Program-made: the position numbers and the translations under genes
From: Eubacteriales bacterium
GTDB lineage: Bacteria > Bacillota > Clostridia > Oscillospirales > CAG-272
Assembly (NCBI GenBank): GCA_045532215.1
Contig: JAZSFM010000061.1
Coordinates: forward strand, 1-61,632
Length of the DNA stretch: 61,632 nt
Direction: 5' to 3'
The notes under the pieces: generated by a model
Seen by the model: only the letters and a program-made list of their open reading frames with translations
Told to the model about the DNA's origin: nothing
Databases searched by the model: none
Part shown: piece by piece, positions 1-8,978 of the stretch
Position numbering within the stretch: position 1 is the first letter of the stretch
How the letters are laid out: each line of letters starts with the position of its first letter

Positions 1-73
1 TAGCCATGTCGTTCTGTGAGCCAAGGAGTTGACTGGTGAGATTGTCTTCCTAAGACCGCTTGGCCTCCGACTT
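1..73. other. MGI/BGI DNBSEQ library adapter with a 10-nt index; non-biological
   Basis: 1-31 matches the 3' part of the read-2 adapter AAGTCGGATCGTAGCCATGTCGTTCTGTGAGCCAAGGAGTTG. 32-41 (ACTGGTGAGA) sits at the index position. 42-73 is the exact reverse complement of the read-1 adapter AAGTCGGAGGCCAAGCGGTCTTAGGAAGACAA. Confidence 0.9.
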
Positions 74-228
74 AGGGGCGCCTCTTCGGCCTCTTGAGTA
101 CTTCTCCGTATACTCATCACAAGCTGCCGTTTGCAGTCGCTTGCGACATCGCTTATTATACACTATTTTTATCCTTTTGTCAACCCCCTTTTTTATCTTT
201 TTTTCATCTTTTTTATTTTGCAAACCTC

Positions 229-257
229 TTGACACGCGCGCGATAATTATATATAAT
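229..257 (+). promoter_or_regulatory. Sigma-A-type promoter of the corrinoid methyltransferase operon
   Basis: TTGACA (229-234), a 17-nt spacer, then TATAAT (252-257). It is preceded by a T-rich tract, about 70 nt upstream of the ATG at 327. Confidence 0.75.
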
Positions 258-326
258 AGATTTAATCACATATACGAGGCGAAATGCCTTGTTCTCGCAA
301 TTTGAATGAGCAAAGGAGAAAAAACA

Positions 327-968
327 ATGAGCATTCTGAATGATATTTCCGAAAACCTGCAAAAGGGCAAAGCCAAAATTGTAAAGGAACTGGTACAACA
401 AGCCATCGATGAGGGAATGGATCCCCAAGAAATTTTGGGCGGACTCCTTTCGGGTATGGACATTGTTGGCGAAAAGTTCAAAAACGGCGAGGTTTACATT
501 CCCGAGGTGCTTGTTGCCGCAAGAGCAATGAATCAGGGCGCGGGACTTCTCAAGCCCCTGCTCGCTGAGGCGGGTGCGGTCGCCTGCGGCAAAGTCTGCA
601 TCGGCACGGTGCAGGGCGACTTGCACGACATTGGCAAGAACCTTGTCAAGATGATGATGGAAGGAAAAGGTCTTGAAGTCGTTGATCTTGGAACCGACGT
701 CTCTCCCGAAGCGTTCGTCAACGCTGCTATCGAACAGAACTGCCAAGTCATTTGCTGTTCCGCGCTTCTCACCACCACTATGGGTGTAATGGGTGACGTT
801 GTAAAAGCCGCGGAGGCAGTAGGTGTGCGCGAAAAGATCAAAATTATGATCGGTGGCGCACCTGTCAACGAGGAGTTCTGCCGCGAGATCGGTGCCGATG
901 CTTACTGTGCCGATGCGGCAAGTGCGGCTGATATGGCGGTAGAACTTTGCAAGGCTCTCGGACAATAA
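327..968 (+). CDS. Cobalamin-binding corrinoid protein (MtaC/MtbC-like methyltransferase partner)
   Basis: DxHxxG motif (GDLHDIGKN) plus the N-terminal helical cap typical of methyltransferase corrinoid proteins. Start moved to the second ATG, which follows the RBS AAAGGAGA. Confidence 0.88.
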   Translation: MSILNDISENLQKGKAKIVKELVQQAIDEGMDPQEILGGLLSGMDIVGEKFKNGEVYIPEVLVAARAMNQGAGLLKPLLAEAGAVACGKVCIGTVQGDLHDIGKNLVKMMMEGKGLEVVDLGTDVSPEAFVNAAIEQNCQVICCSALLTTTMGVMGDVVKAAEAVGVREKIKIMIGGAPVNEEFCREIGADAYCADAASAADMAVELCKALGQ

Positions 969-972
969 ACTT

Positions 973-2043
973 ATGAAGACGTTAACAGAGCGCGAACGCA
1001 TCCTGCGTACCTACCGTCATCAAGAGGTCGACCGCATTCCTATGCTTGATTCCGCTTGGGATGGGACGATCCGCAGATGGCAAAACGAGGGAATGCCCCA
1101 AAACGTATCTTGGGTAGATTATTTTGGATTCGATCATCAAATTCGTGTGGGAACCGATAATTCCCCGCGCTTTGCACAGAAGGTATTGGAGGAAAATGAT
1201 CGATATAAGATCGTGACTACCCAATGGGGTACCACGCAAAAACGATTTCGCGAGCTCGACTCCACCCCCGAAAATTTGAATTATTACTATGATTGCTCCG
1301 AGCGGTGGGAAGAAGCCAAGCAGGCAATGCTCACCTATCACGAGGATCGCATTCCGTGGGATTATCTCAAAAAGAATTATCCGCGCTGGAAGGCGGAGGG
1401 CAGATTTTTACAGCTCACCGTCTGGTTTGGCTTTGACGTGGCGCATTCTCATATGATCGGCACCGAGAATTTTCTTATAGGTTTGCTTGATGAACCCGAA
1501 TGGGCAACCGATGTCTTTGACACGTATCTGAAGACCTCTCTCGATCTTTGCCAACGCATATTAGATGCCGGCTACGAGTTCGACGGTGTATTCTGGTATG
1601 ATGATATGGGATATAAAGGAACCCCCTTCTTCTCACCGCAAATCTATCGCGAGCTTTTACAGCCCTACCACAAAAAGGTGGTTGATTGGGCACACGAGCG
1701 CGGCATGGTTACCGAGTTGCACTCCTGTGGTTTTATCGAGCCCCTTTTGCCCGATATTATCCAAACGGGTGTGGAAATGCTCAATCCCTTGGAGATCAAG
1801 GCGGGTATGGATCCGCAAAGGCTTAAATTCACTTGGGGCGATAAGCTTGCCTTCCACGGCGGTATCAACGCCCAGCTTTGGAACGATATCGACCGTGTAA
1901 AAGCGGAAATGGAGCGTATCATACCACTGATGAAGGAGGGGGGCGGCTATATTTTTGCATCCGACCACTCCATTCCCAACTCGGTCTCTTTTCAAAACAT
2001 GAGGGAGATCGCTGCCCTTGCACATAAGCTTGGGAAATACTGA
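973..2043 (+). CDS. Uroporphyrinogen decarboxylase (URO-D) family methyltransferase, paralogue 1
   Basis: 356-aa TIM-barrel-like protein with URO-D-family C-terminal signatures (HSCG..., GGYIFASDHS). Lies directly after the corrinoid protein. Confidence 0.78.
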   Translation: MKTLTERERILRTYRHQEVDRIPMLDSAWDGTIRRWQNEGMPQNVSWVDYFGFDHQIRVGTDNSPRFAQKVLEENDRYKIVTTQWGTTQKRFRELDSTPENLNYYYDCSERWEEAKQAMLTYHEDRIPWDYLKKNYPRWKAEGRFLQLTVWFGFDVAHSHMIGTENFLIGLLDEPEWATDVFDTYLKTSLDLCQRILDAGYEFDGVFWYDDMGYKGTPFFSPQIYRELLQPYHKKVVDWAHERGMVTELHSCGFIEPLLPDIIQTGVEMLNPLEIKAGMDPQRLKFTWGDKLAFHGGINAQLWNDIDRVKAEMERIIPLMKEGGGYIFASDHSIPNSVSFQNMREIAALAHKLGKY

Positions 2044-2069
2044 TGCACCCATTTAAGGAGGAAATACAA

Positions 2070-3191
2070 ATGACCGCAAGAGAAAGATGCCTCAACATTT
2101 TGCATTATCGCTCTGCTGACCGTATGCCTGCCGTTCACTTTGGCTATTGGCGAGAGCTGCTTGATGAATGGGCTGATCAGGGGCACATTTCCAAGGAGCT
2201 TGCCCAAAAAGCGGGAGCGGATGGCTCGGACGCGCAAAAGGAACTTGATAAGATCATTGGCTGGGATTGCGTTTGGGGACATAGCGTAAATATACACACC
2301 GGTCTGTACCCTTATTTCGAGCGCAAGGTTTTGGAAACGCTCCCCGACGGCACGCAGCGCGTGCAAACGGGAACGGGTGTGATTGAAAGAATCAAGCCCG
2401 GCATCGCTTCCATTCCCTCGGAGGACGATTATCTGCTCAAGGATAGAGAAGCGTTTGAGAAGTTTTACCGCTCCCGAATGCAATATACTCCCGAGCGCTA
2501 CAACACCACGTATTTTGGGACCTTTAACGAAACGCGAGATAAAACTGTGCCGATTGGCATCGGTCTTGGCAGTGTGATGGGGCACATCCGCGATATCTGT
2601 ACGGTCGTTGGTATGAGTTATTTGATGTATGACGATGACGAGGATCTGTTTGCCGACATTGTTGACACCTATGCCGAGATGCAATACAAATGTGCCGAAG
2701 TAACACTTGCCACAGGTGCGCAATTTGACTTTGGACACTATTGGGAGGACATCTGTTTCAAAAACGGACCTCTCCTTTCCCCCGAAATTTTTGACGAGCT
2801 TTGCGCCAGACATTACAAGCGCCGCAACGAGCTTTGCCACAAGTACGGTATTGATATTATTTCTCTTGACTGCGATGGTGTGACCGAAAAACTGATCGGC
2901 ACGTGGCTTGAGAACGGCGTTAACGTCCTTTTCCCCATTGAGGTTGGGGTTTGGGGCGATCAGTTTGAGCCCGCCCGTAAAAAATACGGGGAGAGTCTTT
3001 TGGGCGTTGGCGGTATGGATAAAACCGCGCTTCGTAAAGACAAGGCAGCGGTTGATGCCGAGATTGAGAGAATGAAGCGTTTGGCGTCAATGGGCGGCTT
3101 TATTCCGTGCCCCGACCACCGCTTGATGCCCGGTACCAAATTTGAACTCGTGCAATACTATGCCGAAGAGATAAAAAAGATCAAGATCTGA
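2070..3191 (+). CDS. URO-D family methyltransferase, paralogue 2
   Basis: Start taken at the ATG behind AAGGAGG. Similar overall to the neighbouring URO-D-like proteins (LDCDG..., GGFIPCPDH). Confidence 0.75.
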   Translation: MTARERCLNILHYRSADRMPAVHFGYWRELLDEWADQGHISKELAQKAGADGSDAQKELDKIIGWDCVWGHSVNIHTGLYPYFERKVLETLPDGTQRVQTGTGVIERIKPGIASIPSEDDYLLKDREAFEKFYRSRMQYTPERYNTTYFGTFNETRDKTVPIGIGLGSVMGHIRDICTVVGMSYLMYDDDEDLFADIVDTYAEMQYKCAEVTLATGAQFDFGHYWEDICFKNGPLLSPEIFDELCARHYKRRNELCHKYGIDIISLDCDGVTEKLIGTWLENGVNVLFPIEVGVWGDQFEPARKKYGESLLGVGGMDKTALRKDKAAVDAEIERMKRLASMGGFIPCPDHRLMPGTKFELVQYYAEEIKKIKI

Positions 3192-3214
3192 TTACATCCA
3201 ACAAGGAGAAAACC

Positions 3215-4186
3215 ATGAACGGAACAGAAAGAGTGCGCAACACAATTTTGGGGTTGCCTGTTGACCGCCAGCCGATTTACGGTTGGGTGGCGTGGAATCT
3301 GCGCGATCAATTTGCCGCCACGTGGGGAAGTCCCGAGGCGTTTGAGGATCATTACGAGTTTGATGCCGCGCACATCTTCGGTCATCCTTGTCCGTTTGAC
3401 AAAGCCCTCGTTCAACGTTTGAGGGAAGAAAATGACGAGTTTACCCCTGACCTTTTGCTCGAGGAAGAATTCTTCGTTTCCCCCAAAAAGGGCGATTATA
3501 CTGCGCTGAAAGCATCTTTTGACTATCACAAATCCAAAGGGCGCTTTTGCTACGTGCAAACGCCCGGATTTTTCGAGTTTTTTAATGAAGTGTTCGGTAT
3601 TCAAAACCAACTCATGTATCTTTTGCTCTATCCCGAGGAGCTTGGCGAGCTTTATCGCCGTCAAGCCGATTGGATCATTGAATTTGCCGACATTTGCATC
3701 GATATGGGTATGGATTGCATCCACCTCTCCGACGACTGGGGCTCACAGCGTGACCTGATGTTCGATCCCGACCTTTGGCGCGAGCTTATAAAACCCAATT
3801 TCAAGCGTGTCATCGATCACGTTCATTCGCGCGGTGCGTTTGTGAGTCTGCACTCCGACGGCTGCATTGAAAAGGTCACCGACGATCTTGCCGAAATCGG
3901 TATCGATATGGTGCACCCGTGGCAGGAGAGCGCGGGGATGTCCTATGATACGTACATCGAAAAATATGCCGACAAGTTTGCCATTCTCGGTGGACTTTGC
4001 GTGCAATCGGCGGTGGGTATCCTGCCGCAGTCAGAGCTGCTCGACGAGATCAGACGTGTGTTTGCAAAAATGCGCGGACGTCGTTGGATCTGTTGTACCA
4101 CGCACTTTGTGCAATCGCATTGTAAAATGGAAGATCTCAATGCCGCATACGATCTTGTTTATGAATTGGCAAGAAGAGAGATTTGA
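3215..4186 (+). CDS. URO-D family methyltransferase, paralogue 3
   Basis: 323 aa with RBS AAGGAGA. URO-D-like motifs (HLSDDWG, LHSDGC). Confidence 0.72.
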   Translation: MNGTERVRNTILGLPVDRQPIYGWVAWNLRDQFAATWGSPEAFEDHYEFDAAHIFGHPCPFDKALVQRLREENDEFTPDLLLEEEFFVSPKKGDYTALKASFDYHKSKGRFCYVQTPGFFEFFNEVFGIQNQLMYLLLYPEELGELYRRQADWIIEFADICIDMGMDCIHLSDDWGSQRDLMFDPDLWRELIKPNFKRVIDHVHSRGAFVSLHSDGCIEKVTDDLAEIGIDMVHPWQESAGMSYDTYIEKYADKFAILGGLCVQSAVGILPQSELLDEIRRVFAKMRGRRWICCTTHFVQSHCKMEDLNAAYDLVYELARREI

Positions 4187-4209
4187 TTTTGAATTTTGAG
4201 GAAGAAAAA

Positions 4210-5226
4210 ATGTCAAATTACAATATGAAACAATGGGTTGCCGATCTGATTGGCAACCACCCCAAAAAGCCGATGCCGATCTTGTCGTTCCCATCTGTGA
4301 GTCTCTTGGGTATCAGCGTGCGCGAGCTGATCTCGGACAGCACCCTGCAAGCGCGCGGCATGCAAGCCGTAGCAGAGAACACCCCTGCGGCGGCATCGGT
4401 CAGCTTTATGGATCTCTCGGTTGAAGCCGAGTGCTTTGGCGCGACTGTCACCGTCACTGATGACGAGGTGCCCACCATTGAGGAGCCCATCATCCACGAT
4501 GAGGATGAAGCCGCCGCTCTTGCCGTTCCGACTGTTGGCAGCGGTAGAACGCAGATCTATCTTGACGCTATCAAAAAAGCGAAAGAGTGTATCACCGACC
4601 GCCCCGTTTTGGCGGGTATGATCGGCCCCTTCTCACTCGCGGCGCGTTTGTTTGACCTCTCCGAAATTATGATGAATTGCTACGACGATCCCGATATGGT
4701 GCATCTCGTGCTTGAGAAATGCACACAATTCCTCTGCGCCTATGCCAAGGCCTACCGCGAGGCAGGTGCTGACGGCATTGTGCTGGCAGAGCCCGTGGCA
4801 GGACTTCTGTCTCCCTCGCTCGAGGAGGAATTCTCCGCGCCCTACGTCAAACAAATCGTTGACGCTGTGCAAAACGATGACTTTATTGTCATTTATCACA
4901 ACTGCGGAGACAACGTGCCCAAAATGCTTTCGTCTATCCTTTCCACAGGTGCGGCGGCATATCATTTTGGCAACGCCGTAGATATGGAAAAGGATATTCT
5001 CAAAAAAGTTCCTGCCAACGTGCTCGTGATGGGCAACATTGACCCCGTGGGCGTTCTTCGCATGGGCACGCCCGAGTCGGTTCGTGAGGCGACTACCGCT
5101 CTGCTTGAAAAGTGCAGTATGTATCCCAATTTTGTGCTGTCCTCGGGCTGCGATATGCCACCCAAAACACCTTGGGAGAACATCAATGCTTTCTTTGCGG
5201 CGGCAAGGGATTTTTACAAAGGATAA
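4210..5226 (+). CDS. MtaA/CmuA-family methylcobamide methyltransferase (URO-D superfamily)
   Basis: MtaA-like features: AEPVAGLLSP, the candidate Zn ligands YHNCGD and SSGCDMPP. Start at the ATG after the GAGGA RBS; the track ORF starts at an upstream TTG. Confidence 0.8.
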   Translation: MSNYNMKQWVADLIGNHPKKPMPILSFPSVSLLGISVRELISDSTLQARGMQAVAENTPAAASVSFMDLSVEAECFGATVTVTDDEVPTIEEPIIHDEDEAAALAVPTVGSGRTQIYLDAIKKAKECITDRPVLAGMIGPFSLAARLFDLSEIMMNCYDDPDMVHLVLEKCTQFLCAYAKAYREAGADGIVLAEPVAGLLSPSLEEEFSAPYVKQIVDAVQNDDFIVIYHNCGDNVPKMLSSILSTGAAAYHFGNAVDMEKDILKKVPANVLVMGNIDPVGVLRMGTPESVREATTALLEKCSMYPNFVLSSGCDMPPKTPWENINAFFAAARDFYKG

Positions 5227-5230
5227 AACC

Positions 5231-6022
5231 ATGAAAACAATACTAATTACCGGTGCCGCCGGCGGCATGGGGCGCGCGACGGCATCCCTGTTCCAAAAAC
5301 AGGGATGGCGTGTGTTCACTCTTGACCGCGTGGCAATCGAACAAGACGAAAATATTTTCCCCATTGTGGCTGACCTCACCGACGAAGTGAGCGTTCAAAA
5401 AGCCGTTGTATCGGTTGGCCAAATGGTCCAAAAGTTGGATGCTATTATCCACTTTGCAGGCGTCTATATGCTTGATTCTCTTGTGGAGATGTCTACCGAA
5501 GCATACGACCGCATCTTCGATATTAACGTACGTGGCGTGTATTTGGTCAACAAGTACTTTTTCCCTTTTTTGAAAGAGGGAAGTCACATTCTCATTACCA
5601 CAAGCGAGCTCGCCCCTCTTGACCCACTTCCATTTACGGGCATTTACGCCATCACCAAGGCGGCGCTCGATAAATATGCTTATTCTTTGGCGATGGAGCT
5701 TCAACTCCACGGCATCAAGGTTTCGGTCCTGCGCGTAGGCGCAGTAGAGACAAATATGCTCGGTGCATCCACCACCGCGCTTGATCGTTTTTGCGAGGGA
5801 ACAAAGCTTTATTCTTGCAACGCCAAGCGTTTTAAGGGAATTGTGGAGAGCGTGGAGGCGAGATGCGTTCCTCCTGCAAAAATTGCAGAAAAGTGCGAAC
5901 GTATCCTCAAAAAACGCCATTCTAAATTTGCATATAGCATCAATCGCAACCCGCTATTGCTTTTGTTAAATATGCTCCCAAAACGACTCCAGTTGTGGGT
6001 TATCAAGCAAATTTTGCGGTAA
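5231..6022 (+). CDS. Short-chain dehydrogenase/reductase (SDR)
   Basis: TGAAGGMGRA (TGxxxGxG) and YAITKAAL (YxxxK). The true start is the ATG at 5231; the upstream 64 codons of the track ORF overlap the previous gene. Confidence 0.85.
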   Translation: MKTILITGAAGGMGRATASLFQKQGWRVFTLDRVAIEQDENIFPIVADLTDEVSVQKAVVSVGQMVQKLDAIIHFAGVYMLDSLVEMSTEAYDRIFDINVRGVYLVNKYFFPFLKEGSHILITTSELAPLDPLPFTGIYAITKAALDKYAYSLAMELQLHGIKVSVLRVGAVETNMLGASTTALDRFCEGTKLYSCNAKRFKGIVESVEARCVPPAKIAEKCERILKKRHSKFAYSINRNPLLLLLNMLPKRLQLWVIKQILR

Positions 6023-6050
6023 CGGGAATTTTATTTTGTGAGGTAACAAA

Positions 6051-6797
6051 ATGCTGAAAAAACTATACGAAAAAAGCAATATTTGGTTCGCCGTTGCGTG
6101 GATTGCTCTTTACTGCGTATTGATGTCGGTAGGAGATGTTCTTTCCGAGGCGATTGGTGTTCAAAAGTTGATTACGCTCCCCGTGGCAATTCTGCTTTCG
6201 GTTGTATTGTTTTTCTTTTTGAAGAACAATAATCTTTTGAATACCTACGGCTTGTGTCGCCCGAAAGTAAAAGCCAAAACAATGCTTTACTATCTGCCCG
6301 TTTTGTTGATGCTGAGTGCCAACTTGTGGTATGGCGTTACTCTCAATTTTGGAGCAGGGGAAACTGTGCTCTACATCTTGGCTATGTTTTGCGTTGGCTT
6401 TTTGGAGGAAGTTATCTTTCGCGGCTTGCTGTTTGGTGCGATGAAAAAGGACAATCTTATGATTGCTGTTGTTGTTTCCAGCATTACCTTTGGTATGGGA
6501 CACATCGTCAACCTGATCAACGGTTCGGGCGCGGAACTCGTTCCCAACTTGTTGCAAGTGGTTTATGCCACCGCGGCGGGACTTATGTTTGTGATGCTGT
6601 ATTACAGAAGTCAAAGTCTTATCGTTTGCATTGCCGCACACGGAATTTTCAATGCCATCAGTGCATTTGCCAATGAAAATCTTACCCTCGAGCAGCGTGT
6701 TCTTTCTTGCATTTTGCTCAGCGTGATTATGGAAGGATATGCATTCTATCTCGCCTTTTTGCCGTACGTGAAGAAAATCAAACGCAGTTCAAAATAA
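6051..6797 (+). CDS. CPBP-family intramembrane glutamic endopeptidase (CAAX protease / Abi)
   Basis: Polytopic membrane protein with EEVIFRG, FGMGH and AAHGIFN motifs. Confidence 0.85.
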   Translation: MLKKLYEKSNIWFAVAWIALYCVLMSVGDVLSEAIGVQKLITLPVAILLSVVLFFFLKNNNLLNTYGLCRPKVKAKTMLYYLPVLLMLSANLWYGVTLNFGAGETVLYILAMFCVGFLEEVIFRGLLFGAMKKDNLMIAVVVSSITFGMGHIVNLINGSGAELVPNLLQVVYATAAGLMFVMLYYRSQSLIVCIAAHGIFNAISAFANENLTLEQRVLSCILLSVIMEGYAFYLAFLPYVKKIKRSSK

Positions 6798-6835
6798 AAA
6801 AACGATGCGAAATCAAGATTTCGCATCGTTTTTTG
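6795..6835. terminator. Bidirectional intrinsic terminator
   Basis: 13-bp stem AACGATGCGAAAT / ATTTCGCATCGTT, flanked by an A-run and a T-run, between convergent genes. Confidence 0.85.
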
Positions 6836-6836
6836 C

Positions 6837-7490
6837 TTATCGGATGACAGAAGAATGACTATAGATATAGAACTCTTCTTGGCTGGGCATCCATTTCTTT
6901 TCTTTGGGCGGGAATGTTGCATCAAATGCTTCTACGGCTGCACTGTCTTCACAACAGTCGGCGGCGGTGGAGGGGATGTACATCCACTTCTTACCGTCGA
7001 GCACACCGTGAACAAGCTCGCAAACAAGGAGTGCCGTTGGGAAGTTCCCATCCACAACAAAGCTGACGTTCTTCTTTTTGCAGCTCACAAATCCGCGGCT
7101 GACATAGTTGCCGGGGTTGCCGAAATTGATGTTGACGTCATATCCCATTTTGCGCGCAACGTCAAAGGAGTGCTCGATCAAAATTTTGCCGAACTTTTGA
7201 CGCTGATACTTGGGAGAGATACAAAGCGGACCAAAGGAAAGAATTTCTTTTCTCTCTCCATTTTCGTCTTCGAGCCACGCCTTGGTGTACATAATGTTGC
7301 CAATGATTTCACCGTCTTTTTCAAGAACAAATGCGAGTTCGGGGATAAAATCGGGGTGATTTCTCATCATGTGTACATAGTAATGCTCGTCAGCGCCCGG
7401 CTTATAGACGTTCCAAAACGCTTCACGTGTCAAGGTTTCAACGGCTCTGTAATCTTTTGGGGTTTCCAAGCGAATCATCAAGTTTTCCAT
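6837..7490 (-). CDS. GNAT-family N-acetyltransferase
   Basis: GNAT core (QRQKFGKILIEHS). Start set at the ATG (MENLMIRLE) behind AAAGGA. Confidence 0.8.
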   Translation of the reverse strand: MENLMIRLETPKDYRAVETLTREAFWNVYKPGADEHYYVHMMRNHPDFIPELAFVLEKDGEIIGNIMYTKAWLEDENGERKEILSFGPLCISPKYQRQKFGKILIEHSFDVARKMGYDVNINFGNPGNYVSRGFVSCKKKNVSFVVDGNFPTALLVCELVHGVLDGKKWMYIPSTAADCCEDSAAVEAFDATFPPKEKKWMPSQEEFYIYSHSSVIR

Positions 7491-7577
7491 AGTCAAGTCC
7501 TTTAGTGGATTCAAACCAAAATTTGCAAGAATAGTATATCACAAATTTGCGCGAAAAGCAAGTATTAGCAACAAATT

Positions 7578-8135
7578 TTACTTCATCACCTTTACAAAGC
7601 GAAACATTTCATCGGGACCCTCATCGCAATCGTATTCATCATATTCATCATCAGGTATTTTGTGGTTCGGTTGAAAATATTCGCACCAAAACTCGTCAAT
7701 TTGAAAGCCGCATTTGTTAACGTAAAAATGAATGTTGCGCTTTTCAAAATAGGGGGTGCAAGTTTTCCAAATTTTCGTCTCGGGGTGGAGTGCCTCAATT
7801 GCCTGCCACGCACCATAGCCGATGCCTTTGGTGTGTTCTTCAGGGGCGACGAACAGAATCTCCAACTCGTTGTGATGGGTTTTCTTGTCAATTTTCAAAA
7901 TCACACCGCCAACACGCTTGTTATCTACAACAATTCGGTAGGTTTCGCTGTTAGGGGAGTCAATACAATGCTCAATTGTCTTACGAGAAATGATTTCCCC
8001 ATCAAAATCAAGGTGGTCATCTCGTTTGCCGAATTCCTCCATAGCACCGTGCTTAAATGCCCATTGATTGTCGAGAATAAATTGCTCGCGGTCATCTGCT
8101 GTTAAAGGTTTCAGTTCAACTTTTGTGTTTTTCAT
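7578..8135 (-). CDS. GNAT-family N-acetyltransferase
   Basis: 185 aa with a GNAT-like core (VAPEEHTKGIGYGAW). RBS AGGAGA. Confidence 0.75.
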   Translation of the reverse strand: MKNTKVELKPLTADDREQFILDNQWAFKHGAMEEFGKRDDHLDFDGEIISRKTIEHCIDSPNSETYRIVVDNKRVGGVILKIDKKTHHNELEILFVAPEEHTKGIGYGAWQAIEALHPETKIWKTCTPYFEKRNIHFYVNKCGFQIDEFWCEYFQPNHKIPDDEYDEYDCDEGPDEMFRFVKVMK

Positions 8136-8297
8136 TCGTTTTATCTCCTAACAAAAAAGATAGCTCGGGCTATTGCATACACAATAACCCGAGCTCACTC
8201 GGACACCTAATCCGGCAATAAGAGCGCTACGGCGCTCTGCCTCCGGTGACCTGTATTTTATTGTTATAGTTATAACACAAAAGTTGGAAAAAGTCAA
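8136..8297 (-). promoter_or_regulatory. Promoter plus structured leader with intrinsic terminator (candidate riboswitch or attenuator) for the GNAT gene
   Basis: Minus strand: TTGACT (8297-8292), 17 nt, TATAAC (8274-8269). This is followed by nested stems and a terminator (stem 8162-8170 / 8187-8195 plus a U-run) ending about 15 nt before the RBS. An alternative hairpin CCGAG-UGAG-CUCGG competes with the terminator. Confidence 0.55.
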
Positions 8298-8318
8298 GCG
8301 TATTACAAAAAGTTTTGT

Positions 8319-8846
8319 TTATATCCCATAACTCCCCGTTAACGGATCTTTGAAAATACCAATTTCGGGCGTGGCAAAGGTGAAAATGACAAAGAGTAAG
8401 GCAATGACGCACAGCACACCGATTGCCAATTTCGGTTTCTTGCACACCACGGTTTCATCCTTGAACAATTTTGTTTCATACAGGTACGCAATCGCAGCCG
8501 CGATGAAGAAGATAGCAATGTTGAGCCAGTCGGGCGACTTTCCAATCACGCCGTTGTAGGTGTAAAAAATGACGGGGATGAGAACAAGTCCGAGCAAAAT
8601 CCCACGTAGCTTTACGCACCAAAAATCTTCGCGTTCACGGAAGAAAAAGCTCTGTGTGATGGCGTAAAGAAACATCGGCCAAAAGAGCAGCTTCATATGT
8701 TCCCACGTCGATTCATTCACACCGGAGAAGGGTGCTACCCATACAGCTGTCCCGAGCCAATCATAAAGAAAATGCAGTATCGTGCCCCCAAGTGAGGTCA
8801 CAGCAAAGCCCCAGAGCTGCCAAAGTCCCATCGATCGTTGTTTCAT
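8319..8846 (-). CDS. Integral membrane protein of unknown function
   Basis: About 5 predicted hydrophobic helices and no catalytic motif recognised. Confidence 0.6.
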   Translation of the reverse strand: MKQRSMGLWQLWGFAVTSLGGTILHFLYDWLGTAVWVAPFSGVNESTWEHMKLLFWPMFLYAITQSFFFREREDFWCVKLRGILLGLVLIPVIFYTYNGVIGKSPDWLNIAIFFIAAAIAYLYETKLFKDETVVCKKPKLAIGVLCVIALLFVIFTFATPEIGIFKDPLTGSYGI

Positions 8847-8914
8847 AGTCCCCCCCACAAAATGGATTTTGTAGAATAATATATTCGCCCGGATATGGAA
8901 GTATGCTCAAAATC

Positions 8915-8943
8915 TTGACAACATCCTTTTATTTTGCTATAAT
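8915..8943 (+). promoter_or_regulatory. Sigma-A-type promoter
   Basis: TTGACA (8915-8920), 17 nt, TATAAT (8938-8943), upstream of the NUDIX-pcp operon. Confidence 0.7.
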
Positions 8944-8978
8944 AAGTGAAGAAAAAAGAAACAGGAGATGTAATCCGT

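Noticed and set aside
258-326. Possible cobalamin riboswitch upstream of the corrinoid operon
   Set aside because: The leader is only about 60-70 nt and lacks a B12 box. It is too short for a cobalamin aptamer.
5039-5230. N-terminal 64-codon extension of the SDR ORF
   Set aside because: It overlaps the end of the MtaA-like gene in another frame. The canonical SDR N-terminus (MKTILITGAAGG) starts at 5231.
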